A stretch of DNA of 64,000 nt from an uncultured Dehalococcoidia bacterium (GTDB taxonomy: Bacteria; Chloroflexota; Dehalococcoidia; Lucifugimonadales; CATQGZ01), in contig OY282365.1 in NCBI GenBank assembly GCA_958295685.2, positions 633,207 through 697,206 on the forward strand, given 5' to 3'. Shown one piece after another: positions 25,095 through 33,866 of the stretch (position 1 is its first letter; every line of letters starts with the position of its first letter). The translations under genes were made by a program, and so were the position numbers. The notes under the pieces were generated by a model. The model did not search any database. It saw nothing but the letters and a program-made list of their open reading frames with translations, and was not told the origin of the DNA.

Positions 25095-27854
25095 GTGAGC
25101 GGCGGTCTGGAGCAGTACGAGGAGAAGCGGGACTTTTCCCTGACGCGGGAGCCGAGGCCGGCGCCCGCTGGGAGGGAGCCGGCGAACTTGCGCTTCGTGG
25201 TGCAGAAGCACGCGGCGCGGCGGCTCCACTACGACCTCAGGCTGGAGCTGGACGGCGTCCTCCTGTCATGGGCCGTTCCGAGGGGTCCGTCGCTCGATCC
25301 TTCCGAGAAGCGGATGGCGGCTCAGACGGAGGATCACCCGATGGATTACAGGAGTTTCGAGGGGGTGATCGGCCACGGGGGCTACGGCGCGGGGCAGATG
25401 ATCGTCTGGGACGCGGGGGCGTATTCGCCGGACGAGGGTGGGGCGCTCTCGTTCGGCGACCGCGAGGAGGCGCAGCGTCGGGTCCGCGAGGAGGTGGAGG
25501 CGGGGAAGCTGTCGTTCACGCTGATGGGTCGGAAGCTGAGGGGGTCCTGGGCGCTGGTCAGGACGGCGCGGGGGCCGAAGGACTGGCTGTTGATCAAGCA
25601 CCGGGACGCTCACTCGGGGTCCGAGCGGGACGTTCTGGCCGAGGAGCGCTCGGTGCAGTCGGGCCTGACCATCGAGGACATGAAGGGGGGTCGGCTGCCG
25701 GATCCCTTCGAGGGCGAGGGGCTGGGTCTGGTCGCGCGCTCCGACACGGTGCGGCACTTCGGGGAGCCGGCCCCGTTTCCATCGTCCGTGAAGCCGATGA
25801 TGGCGAGGACTGCCGACCGCGTCTTCTCGGGCGGCGGCTGGCTCTTCGAGCCGAAGCTGGACGGCTACCGGACGATTGCCCTGGTGAGGGGCGGCCGTGT
25901 GACCCTGCTCAGCCGCAACGGGAAGGACATGACCGGGACGATGCCGGTGGTCGTCGGCGAACTGCGCGCGGCGCTCGAGAACGAGCTGGTTCTGGACGGC
26001 GAGGCGGTGGCACTGAACGACCGGGGTCTTCCCGACTTCGGTCTGCTCCAGCGGTCTCTCGACGCCCACCGCACCGCGGCCGGGCGCGCGGCCGGCGGGG
26101 CGGCGATCACCTATTACCCGTTCGACCTGCTGTACGTCACGGGCATGGACTTGCGGAGGGCGCCTCTTATCGAGAGGAAGCGGGTCCTGGCGGATGCGCT
26201 GCCGCCTTCGGAGCACGTGGTCCCGATGGAGTACGTGGAGAGGGACGGCGCCGCGTTCTACGGCGCGGCGACGAGGCTGGGCCTCGAGGGGATGGTGGCG
26301 AAGCGCCGGGACTCGCCATACGAGACGGGCGCGAGGAGCTCGGCCTGGCTGAAGGTCAAGGCGTCGCGCGAGCAGGATTTCGTCGTGGGCGGTTACGCGG
26401 CGGGTGAGGGCGCCCGCGCGGGCACGTTCGGCTCCCTGATTCTGGGCTACTACCGGGGCGGCGGGCTCGTCTACGCCGGGAGGGTCGGCAGCGGATTCGA
26501 CGATACGGCGTTGGTATCTCTGACGAATGCGCTCTCCGGCCTTGAGACTTCGGAGTGTCCCTTTGGACAGGTTCCCGAGCCGGAGGAGGGCGGGGGCCGC
26601 CACTGGGTCAGGCCCGAGCTGGTGGTGAGGGTGAGGTTCGCTCTCTGGACCCACGACGAGCGGCTGCGGTCAGCCGTATACGCAGGGCTGAGGCCCGACC
26701 TGGACCCGGCCGAGGTCGGAAGGGAGGAGGCGCAGGTGGTCGAGGCCGCGGCCGCTCCCGCCGGGGCCTCCCGTCCGATCGGGCCAGGCCCCGACGACGG
26801 CGGCGGCGTGGTGGAGCAGCTGTCGGAGAGGGGTGAGAGGCTGCTGCTGGAGGTCGGGGAGCACAGGGTGGCGCTTACGAATCTGGACAAGGCCCTGTGG
26901 CCAGCGGAGGACGGCAGGGCCGCCGTGACGAAGCGGGACATGATCCGGTATTACGCGCGTATGGGGCGTGTGATTCTCCCTCATCTGCGGGACCGACCGC
27001 TGACGCTGACGAGGTATCCGAACGGGATTCACGGGCAGAGTTTCTACCAGAAGCACTTTGCGCAGGGTGTGCCCGAGTTCGTGGAGACGGTGCGGCTGTT
27101 CTCGTCGCATAACGAGGGGGACGTGGAGTACGTGATGGTGAACAATCTGGCGACGCTGATCTGGCTGGCGCAGCTTGCGGACGTCGAGATGCACCCGTGG
27201 CAGTCGCGGGTCTCCGGGGAGCCGGACGCTCCGGGGCTGCCGAGGACGTTCGCGGGCTCGGGAGAGGCGATCCGCCGGAGCGTTCTGAACTATCCGGACT
27301 TTGTGGTGTTCGACCTGGACCCGTATATCTACTCCGGGCGCGAGAAGGAGGGCGAGGAGCCGGAGCTGAACCGGGCGGCTTTCGCCAGGACGGCCGAGGC
27401 GGCGGCGGCGCTGAAGGAGGTGCTCGACCAGCTGTCGCTGTCGTCGTTTCTGAAGACGTCGGGCAAGACGGGCCTGCACGTGTACGTGCCGGTGGTCAGG
27501 CAGTATGACTACAAGACGACTCGGAGGACGTGCGAGCTGGTGGGCCGGTTCCTGATGCGTCAGCGTCCCGGGGAGGTGACGATGGAGTGGTCGGTGAACA
27601 AGCGGGCGGGAATGGTGTTTTTGGATCACAACCAGAACGTGAGGGGGAAGAATATGGCGTCGGTGTATTCGCTGCGGCCGCTGCCGGGGGCGCCGGTGTC
27701 GACGCCCCTGCGCTGGGACGAGCTTGAGGGCGTCTATCCGACGGACTTCGACGCTGAGAGCGTCCCGGAGCGGGTGGAGCGGATCGGCGACCTGTGGTCG
27801 GGAGTGACGGACGCGAAGCACGACCTACGGCGGCTGCTGGATGCGGTGGGGTAG
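25095..27854 (+). CDS. ligD: NHEJ DNA ligase D (phosphoesterase-ligase-polymerase order)
   Basis: FVVQKHAARRLHYDLRLE (PE), EPKLDGYR and EGMVAKR (ATP ligase), RYPNG, FDLDP, KTSGKTGLHV (Pol). Confidence 0.95.
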   Translation: MSGGLEQYEEKRDFSLTREPRPAPAGREPANLRFVVQKHAARRLHYDLRLELDGVLLSWAVPRGPSLDPSEKRMAAQTEDHPMDYRSFEGVIGHGGYGAGQMIVWDAGAYSPDEGGALSFGDREEAQRRVREEVEAGKLSFTLMGRKLRGSWALVRTARGPKDWLLIKHRDAHSGSERDVLAEERSVQSGLTIEDMKGGRLPDPFEGEGLGLVARSDTVRHFGEPAPFPSSVKPMMARTADRVFSGGGWLFEPKLDGYRTIALVRGGRVTLLSRNGKDMTGTMPVVVGELRAALENELVLDGEAVALNDRGLPDFGLLQRSLDAHRTAAGRAAGGAAITYYPFDLLYVTGMDLRRAPLIERKRVLADALPPSEHVVPMEYVERDGAAFYGAATRLGLEGMVAKRRDSPYETGARSSAWLKVKASREQDFVVGGYAAGEGARAGTFGSLILGYYRGGGLVYAGRVGSGFDDTALVSLTNALSGLETSECPFGQVPEPEEGGGRHWVRPELVVRVRFALWTHDERLRSAVYAGLRPDLDPAEVGREEAQVVEAAAAPAGASRPIGPGPDDGGGVVEQLSERGERLLLEVGEHRVALTNLDKALWPAEDGRAAVTKRDMIRYYARMGRVILPHLRDRPLTLTRYPNGIHGQSFYQKHFAQGVPEFVETVRLFSSHNEGDVEYVMVNNLATLIWLAQLADVEMHPWQSRVSGEPDAPGLPRTFAGSGEAIRRSVLNYPDFVVFDLDPYIYSGREKEGEEPELNRAAFARTAEAAAALKEVLDQLSLSSFLKTSGKTGLHVYVPVVRQYDYKTTRRTCELVGRFLMRQRPGEVTMEWSVNKRAGMVFLDHNQNVRGKNMASVYSLRPLPGAPVSTPLRWDELEGVYPTDFDAESVPERVERIGDLWSGVTDAKHDLRRLLDAVG

Positions 27855-27951
27855 TATGGGTGGATGCTTGAAGGAAGTCTACGACTCGGACAGAACTTCC
27901 GTAGATCCTCCTCTCCACTTCCAGAGACAGTCTTTTAGTCGCTGCACACAG

Positions 27952-28947
27952 CTACGTCGTGGACTTCTTTACTCGCGCTCTAGTTTTGCGGAAGAACTGT
28001 TCATCCCGACGATACTGCTCAACAAGCCAGTCCACGAAAGCTCGGCTGTACTGACCTGGAGAGTTCTTGACCTTACCTTGATAGAAGTGCTCTGATTTAT
28101 TCTTGGTTCTGTAAACCTTATTAACACACTGTATGTCGTATGAATTCATCTGAGCCTCAGGGATCGCTTCTTTCAATTCCTCGATTAGTTCCTTCTGGCG
28201 GTAGGGATGTGTCAGGCTAGGATCCTTGGCAATTTCTATGATTCGAGCCGGTTCATCGCCGGTTGGCCCAGACGATAGCACTATATCCGCATCATCTCGT
28301 CTCTTGGTAAGGACAAGATGATGATTGATACTGATCGAGAATTCAGCGGATTGTTGAAGGTCGTCGAACTCTTGTTTGAGTTCTGCACAGTATCTGGAGA
28401 GAAAGCCAGCCGACGCAGGACCAAGTTGTCGACTCAGGTGTTGGTAAGTCACCTCCTTCTGTTCCGGGTCCCTGTCGTATATGATGCTCATCATTCCCAA
28501 GGGGTATCGGCTGGTAAGTGACTCTTCGAACCACCTACTCAGACGATGATGATAGTTGATTACACCAGCCTGAAAAAGACACATCACGTCGCTTGGGATA
28601 TGATCGATTACAAGATGAACTGACTTGTCACGTAGTTCTTCGATACGCTCTATGTTGCGTCGAGTCGGGTCCTTATCGTTTGGTATGACACGCCTCAAAC
28701 AATCCCTCAAGGAGAGTGACCTCTTATTTCTTCCAGTTCGTTTCTTATAAATAGAATCTGGATTGTCTTCGTGTGCCAAAATCTTTGCTTTCAACAATAG
28801 CTCCCAAGAGTTGCAGAATAGAAAACAGAACGTTTCCAGACGGTATTGAATAGTAAGTCGGTTGATGGTTTCCAACGCGAGGACATATGCCTCGATACTC
28901 TTATCTATCAGGCGCTTCTTGAGATCAAAATCCTCTTGGTCATTCAT
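27952..28947 (-). CDS. DUF3644-like protein with HEPN-type Rx4H motif; low GC
   Basis: KSIEAYVLALETIN...YRLETFCFLFCNSWELLLKA, LRDKSVH; visibly more AT-rich than flanks. Confidence 0.75.
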   Translation of the reverse strand: MNDQEDFDLKKRLIDKSIEAYVLALETINRLTIQYRLETFCFLFCNSWELLLKAKILAHEDNPDSIYKKRTGRNKRSLSLRDCLRRVIPNDKDPTRRNIERIEELRDKSVHLVIDHIPSDVMCLFQAGVINYHHRLSRWFEESLTSRYPLGMMSIIYDRDPEQKEVTYQHLSRQLGPASAGFLSRYCAELKQEFDDLQQSAEFSISINHHLVLTKRRDDADIVLSSGPTGDEPARIIEIAKDPSLTHPYRQKELIEELKEAIPEAQMNSYDIQCVNKVYRTKNKSEHFYQGKVKNSPGQYSRAFVDWLVEQYRRDEQFFRKTRARVKKSTT

Positions 28948-28950
28948 TGG

Positions 28951-29234
28951 CTAATCTTCCCACACTCGTCCGACTACTGCCGCTATCCTCTTCTCCATTC
29001 GTTCGATGGTGGCGCGGGCGCCGTCTATGACCTTCTGGAATCGAGGAGCAGGAAGTCTGCGAAGCCCCTGGTCGTCTTCTGGAAGTCGCTGCCGAGGGCG
29101 TCGAGGTCTGACGCCGCGATGGTGACGCCCGGTTCGAGGCTGACGTTGGCGGGGTTCTCGCCTTCCGGGAAGAAGCGCCAGCCTGCCGCTTCGAGCAGCT
29201 TGTTGATCTTCACGCGGGCGGCTGCTTCGTTCAC
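28951..29234 (-). pseudogene. Deletion scar of type I R-M locus: HsdR N-terminus fused to the C-terminus of an M/S gene
   Basis: VNEAAARVKINKLLEAAGWRFF...GFADFLLLD, then in another frame QKVIDGARATIERMEKRIAAVVGRVWED*. Confidence 0.72.
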
Positions 29235-29260
29235 GCGGGGGCGGTTTCCTGTTTCGGGGG

Positions 29261-30652
29261 TCAGAGGCGGAGTTCGAGTCTGGGTTTGGTGAGGTGGTGG
29301 GCGGTGTTTGTGTCGCGCATGAAGGCTACGAGCCGGGCGTGGAGGTCGCGGGCGAGTTCGGTTTCGGTGTGTATTAGGTTCCTGCGCTGGCCGGGGTCCG
29401 AGGGGAGGTGGTAGAGCTCGGACATGCCGGGCTCGACGCTGTAGAGGAGGGACCAGTCCCCGACGGTTACGGTGGTCACGAGTCCGACCGTAATGGGCCT
29501 GCTCATGTTGTCGACGGATCTCACGCGGTCGCCGGGGTTCGCGAAGGGGATGGTGCTGACGGTTAGTTCGCGGCCTGGGCGCTTCGGGTCTCGGACGGCT
29601 GGGAGGAGGGAGCGGCCCTGCACCCAGCCGGGCTGCGGCTGGTCGAAGATGTCGAGTACCGTGGGCATCAGGTCGATCGCCGACGATTGGCCGGGGTATG
29701 CGCCGCCGTCCGTTCCGGGGACGTAGAGAATCAGGGGCAGCGCGACCAGTTCCTCGTACAGTGGGGAGTGGGACCACTGGGAGTCGGGGTCGCCGCTGCG
29801 GTAGAGGGTGCCGTCGGCTCGCTTGCCGAAGACCATTTTGCCGAAGAGCCCGCCGTGCTCGCCGAAGTAGAAGCCGTGGTCGGTGGTGAAGATGACCGCG
29901 GTGGTCTCCATGAGGCCCATGTTTTCGACCTTGCGGAGGAGGTGGCCGATCCAGGTATCGACCATCGAGACCTCTCCCCGGTACGTGGCGAGGGCCTTTG
30001 CGACCCTGTTCTCGTCGAAGTTCGGGGAGTCCTGCCAGTGGGCGTATAGCGGCTGGACGACTTCGCCGTCGTAGTCGGGCATGTACTGCTCGGTGTAGTA
30101 TGCGGGGGCGTCCCAGGGTTCGTGGGGGTCCCAGGTGTCGACGTAGAGGAAGAAGCGCTCCTTGTAGTGTCGTTCGAGCCACTCCCCTGCCCTCGTCATG
30201 GTTCTGGCGACGTTGCGGTCGGACTCCTTGCGCCACCACGCGACCACGTCGCGGGATTCGTGGTGCCCGATGGCCTGGACGCGGGTGGCGGAGCCCTCCT
30301 GTCCCTGGATGGTGAAGAACGTCTGGAAGCCGCGGTCGTAGTTGAAGCCGTGCCGCCAGTAGAAGGGCGTGTCGACCACTGCCGCGGTGTGGACGCCCTC
30401 GTCGGCCAGGATTTCGGCCAGCGTCGTCACGTCGTCGTCGAACGGCTCCCAGCCCATGAAGGATATGGTCCACCGGCCTGTGTGGTGGTCGGCGCGCGTG
30501 GGCATGGTGGGGAAGCCTGCGGCGTAGTGGCGGTCGAAGCGCATGCTCTTCGCGGCCAGGGCGTCGAGGGCCGGGGTGCGGATGATCGGGTTCCCGTAGG
30601 CGCCGAGATGGTCGCGTCTGAAGGTGTCGGCCACGATCCAGATTACGTTCAT
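29261..30652 (-). CDS. Sulfatase-like hydrolase (alkaline phosphatase superfamily) with Thr in the C/S-x-P-x-R position
   Basis: NVIWIVADTFRRDHLGAYG, RTPALD, FPTMPTRA...TGR, WDPHEPW, FTTDHG. Confidence 0.88.
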   Translation of the reverse strand: MNVIWIVADTFRRDHLGAYGNPIIRTPALDALAAKSMRFDRHYAAGFPTMPTRADHHTGRWTISFMGWEPFDDDVTTLAEILADEGVHTAAVVDTPFYWRHGFNYDRGFQTFFTIQGQEGSATRVQAIGHHESRDVVAWWRKESDRNVARTMTRAGEWLERHYKERFFLYVDTWDPHEPWDAPAYYTEQYMPDYDGEVVQPLYAHWQDSPNFDENRVAKALATYRGEVSMVDTWIGHLLRKVENMGLMETTAVIFTTDHGFYFGEHGGLFGKMVFGKRADGTLYRSGDPDSQWSHSPLYEELVALPLILYVPGTDGGAYPGQSSAIDLMPTVLDIFDQPQPGWVQGRSLLPAVRDPKRPGRELTVSTIPFANPGDRVRSVDNMSRPITVGLVTTVTVGDWSLLYSVEPGMSELYHLPSDPGQRRNLIHTETELARDLHARLVAFMRDTNTAHHLTKPRLELRL

Positions 30653-30654
30653 GG

Positions 30655-31833
30655 TCAGTTCAGGGACCAGCGGGTGGCCATGAGGCTGGTCTTCTCTCCT
30701 ATTCTGTCGATCTGGTAGTAGACGGTCAGGAGCTCGCCGGGGCGCAGCTCCGTGGTTGCGGGGTATCCGAGGTCTCCGCTGGGGGCGTCGCCGCGCAGGA
30801 CTATCTCGTTGGACGAGTCCCAGGTTTCGCCTTCGTCGCGGCTGAGGCAGGCCCTCTGGCCTCTGGGGGGCCATCGGCGGCCATACGTGGCCAGCAGCGA
30901 GCCGTCCTGGAGGCGGATCAGGTGCGGGGGGTATCCCCAGAGGGGCGTGGGCCGAGGGACGGTCCAGGTCTTGCCGCCATCGCGGCTCTCAGATTGGCGC
31001 ATGCGGTGTTCGTGTTCGTCGTCGTCGGAGCCGCAGGTGCAGTAGCCGACGCTCTCCAGGTGACACGTGCAGTGTTCGAAGGCGCGTGTCCGGGGCTGGA
31101 ACCGCCACAGGGAGACGATGCGGCCGTCGGGGAGTTCGACGGCGTGGGGCTCGGAATATGGGAGGAGTCCGTTCTCGTCCGGCTGCGCCGGGAACGTGCC
31201 GATGAGCCGCCATGAGCGAGCGTCGTCGGTGGATTCTGCGGACACCATGGCTTTGTGTCCGTCCAGTTCGGCGGTGCCGATGAAGAGGAGTCGGCCGTCG
31301 GCCAGCTGTATGGGGCCGTGGGGCGCGCTGGCGATGCTGTCGACGGGCGGTTCCCAGACGCGGCCGCCGTCCTCCGAGCGCCTGGTCCAGCGGCCGTGCC
31401 ACTTTTCGCGCACCTCAGGCGATATTTTGTCGAGGTGGCGCTTCCAGGCCTGGAAGGTGTGATCGGGGAGCGGCTCCCAGTACGGCTCCAGGTTTCTGGG
31501 CCTCCACGACGCGCCCGTGAACCAGCTCATGACGACGGCGCCTGAGCGTGTGACGAGGAGGCCGGTGTCGCGGTCGTCGAGGGGGGAGTTGTTCACCGTC
31601 TCCGGGGGCGACCAGGTCTCGCCATCGTCGGAGCTTCGGACGATCTGGTTCTTGCCGTATGGGCCGCGGTGGGCCTCACGGTCGCCTGAGAACCCGACCA
31701 GCAGCTCGCCATCGGGCCGCCGGGCTATGGTCGGCCATCCTACGTAGCTGCCCGGCTGTTTGCAGATGACCCGGCTCCAGAGGAGTGTGGGCGCGGGGGC
31801 CTGGTTCACTTGCGCCGCGGTCTGGGCGTTCAC
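30655..31833 (-). CDS. Sialidase-like BNR/Asp-box beta-propeller glycoside hydrolase
   Basis: Five Asp boxes SSDDGETW, SEDGGRVW, STDDARSW, SRDGGKTW, SRDEGETW; DDRD; DLGYP. Confidence 0.85.
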   Translation of the reverse strand: MNAQTAAQVNQAPAPTLLWSRVICKQPGSYVGWPTIARRPDGELLVGFSGDREAHRGPYGKNQIVRSSDDGETWSPPETVNNSPLDDRDTGLLVTRSGAVVMSWFTGASWRPRNLEPYWEPLPDHTFQAWKRHLDKISPEVREKWHGRWTRRSEDGGRVWEPPVDSIASAPHGPIQLADGRLLFIGTAELDGHKAMVSAESTDDARSWRLIGTFPAQPDENGLLPYSEPHAVELPDGRIVSLWRFQPRTRAFEHCTCHLESVGYCTCGSDDDEHEHRMRQSESRDGGKTWTVPRPTPLWGYPPHLIRLQDGSLLATYGRRWPPRGQRACLSRDEGETWDSSNEIVLRGDAPSGDLGYPATTELRPGELLTVYYQIDRIGEKTSLMATRWSLN

Positions 31834-32114
31834 TACGCCGCGCCTCCGGCGACCGCCGGAACGATGGATATTTCGTCTCCGGACGTGGTGGAGGTATCCA
31901 GGCCGCCCAGGAACCTGACGTCTTCGCCGTTGACGTATATGTTGACGAAGTTGCGTATCTCCCCTTGGTCGTCGCATATCCGGGCTTTTGCGCCCGGGTA
32001 CTGCGTCTCCATATCGTCGATGACGTCCCTCAGCGTTTCGCCCTTTGCGGAGACCTTGTCCGCGCCGTTGGTCACACGGCGAATCGGAGTCGGTATCCTG
32101 ATCGTGACGCTCAC
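31833..32114 (-). CDS. MoaD/ThiS/CysO-family ubiquitin-like sulfur carrier
   Basis: IRIPTPIR, FVNIYVNGEDVRFL, ISIVPAVAGG-AA. Confidence 0.92.
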   Translation of the reverse strand: MSVTIRIPTPIRRVTNGADKVSAKGETLRDVIDDMETQYPGAKARICDDQGEIRNFVNIYVNGEDVRFLGGLDTSTTSGDEISIVPAVAGGAA

Positions 32115-33388
32115 TTCTTACCTCCCGGTGTGCTCGGCTGCACGGCGGCGGAACGAGTCCTGGCCGTGCGAGCCTCCATGGCTGTCTGGAATGCCTCGTG
32201 ATTCGGCGCGGTGCGTACGGGGCTGACGCCGTTTTCCACCACCTCGATCGTCTTGAAGCCGTTCCCGGTGACGTAGGCGACCGTAACCTCGTCGTTCCTG
32301 ATCCTGCCCTCTTCGACGAGTCTTCGCAGTCCCGATATGACGACTCCGCCCGCGGTCTCGGTGAAGATGCCCTCGGTCTCGGCCAACAGCCGGATTCCCT
32401 CCACGACCTCCTCCTCCAGCGCCGCCACGGCAGCGCCGCCGGTCTCCGCCAGGGTCTCCAGCGCGAATGGCCCGGAGGCAGGGTTTCCTATGGCCAGGGA
32501 CTTGGCGATCGTGTCCGGCTTGACCGGCTTCACATGCTTGAGTCCGGCCCGGAAGGCTTCGACGATGGGCGAGGAGCCCTCCGGCTGGGCGAGGTGCATC
32601 CTGGTCCGGGCGTCGTCGATCAGGCCCACGTCGGTCATTTCCTGGATGCCCTTCCATATCTTCGTGTGGAGCTCTCCCGAGGCGGCTGGGACGACGCAGT
32701 GGTCGGGCGCTCTCCATCCCAGCTGCTCGACCGCCTCGTAGCCCAGGGTCTTGCTGCCTTCCGCATAGAACGGGCGCATGTTGATGTTGACGAAGGCCCA
32801 GCGGTTGTCGTCGGCCAGTTCGCTACAGAAGCGGTTCGCCTGGTCGTAGGTGCCGTCGATAGCGACCAGCGTGGAGCCGTACACCGCGGCGCCGATGATC
32901 TTCTCCTTCTCCAGCGTCGCCGGGAAGAAGACCATCGTCTCCATGCCTGCCCTGGCGCCGTGCGCCGCCACCGATCCCATCAGGTTTCCGGTGGACACGC
33001 AGGCCAGCACTTCGAACTCGAACTCCAGCGCCTTGGACGCGGTTACCGAGACGGGCCTGTCTTTGAACGAGTAGGTCGGGTTCACCGCGTCGTTCTTTAT
33101 GTACAGGTGGTCCAGGCCAAGCATTCGGCCGAGGTTCTTCGCCGGAACCAGGGGCGTGAACCCGGTTCCGATGTCCACGGCGGCCTCGACGTCCACGGGG
33201 AGGAAGTCGTGGTAGCGCCACATGCTGGCCGGCCCCTTCTCTATGCTCTGCCTGCTGACGCTCCTGGCGATTGAGGCGTAGTCGTAGCTGATCTCCAGGG
33301 GGCCGAAGCAGAGCTCGCAGACGTTCAGGGGTTCAATCGGATACTCGCTGCCGCACTCTCGGCAACGCATACACCTGACGTGTGGCAA
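32111..33388 (-). CDS. thrC: Threonine synthase family PLP enzyme with N-terminal Zn ribbon
   Basis: CRECG..CELCFGPL, GFTPL, NPTYSFKDR, STGNL, EGSKT; TTG start after GGAGG. Confidence 0.88.
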   Translation of the reverse strand: MPHVRCMRCRECGSEYPIEPLNVCELCFGPLEISYDYASIARSVSRQSIEKGPASMWRYHDFLPVDVEAAVDIGTGFTPLVPAKNLGRMLGLDHLYIKNDAVNPTYSFKDRPVSVTASKALEFEFEVLACVSTGNLMGSVAAHGARAGMETMVFFPATLEKEKIIGAAVYGSTLVAIDGTYDQANRFCSELADDNRWAFVNINMRPFYAEGSKTLGYEAVEQLGWRAPDHCVVPAASGELHTKIWKGIQEMTDVGLIDDARTRMHLAQPEGSSPIVEAFRAGLKHVKPVKPDTIAKSLAIGNPASGPFALETLAETGGAAVAALEEEVVEGIRLLAETEGIFTETAGGVVISGLRRLVEEGRIRNDEVTVAYVTGNGFKTIEVVENGVSPVRTAPNHEAFQTAMEARTARTRSAAVQPSTPGGKK

Positions 33389-33568
33389 GGGCGGTCCCTC
33401 CAAGTGTCGGCCGCCTCAAAGGACCCGTCCAAGCGGGAGGGCGCCGCGCCGTAATGGTAGCAACGGCCCATCGGGCTTGTCAACGCGGCGTACTCGTTCG
33501 TAACGCTCTTCGGCCCCTGGCGGGCCAGGGCCTCAATCCCCTATCGAACCCCGCAGACTCCTCACTTC

Positions 33569-33592
33569 ACCTCATCAACTCTGAACCGTTAC
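33569..33592. mobile_element. Isolated MITE right end
   Basis: ACCTCATCAACTCTGAACCGTTAC, nearly identical to 25046-25069. Confidence 0.7.
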
Positions 33593-33781
33593 CTACGGAT
33601 TACAGCACTTCGCCTCACGCTCAACCTTTGTTTCACGAATCGCCGATTGTTTCGTGTCATAAGGACCCTCCCACCACCCCGAAGATGCCTTCTTATACCG
33701 GTTCAAGTAGTACCAGCATGAAGCCTCGTGGATTTTGTCCTCGCTGTGGTCAGTTGGGTATATGTAAACTACGCATTTCAT
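33593..33781 (-). CDS. Small hypothetical protein (His/Cys-rich, low GC)
   Basis: 62-aa ORF with KIHEASC, GWWEGPYDT and C-terminal CCNP; AT-rich relative to flanks. Confidence 0.55.
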   Translation of the reverse strand: MKCVVYIYPTDHSEDKIHEASCWYYLNRYKKASSGWWEGPYDTKQSAIRETKVEREAKCCNP

Positions 33782-33866
33782 AGTCGATGATACTTAGAAG
33801 ATTGTTCGGTGGATGTCGAACGGGTTACTTTGCCGTCCGCGCCGGGCGGGGTTCAGGACGGCCGCC

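Noticed and set aside
33489-33500. LexA box upstream of thrC (GTAC-TC-GTTC)
   Set aside because: Half-site spacing is 2 rather than 4 nt.
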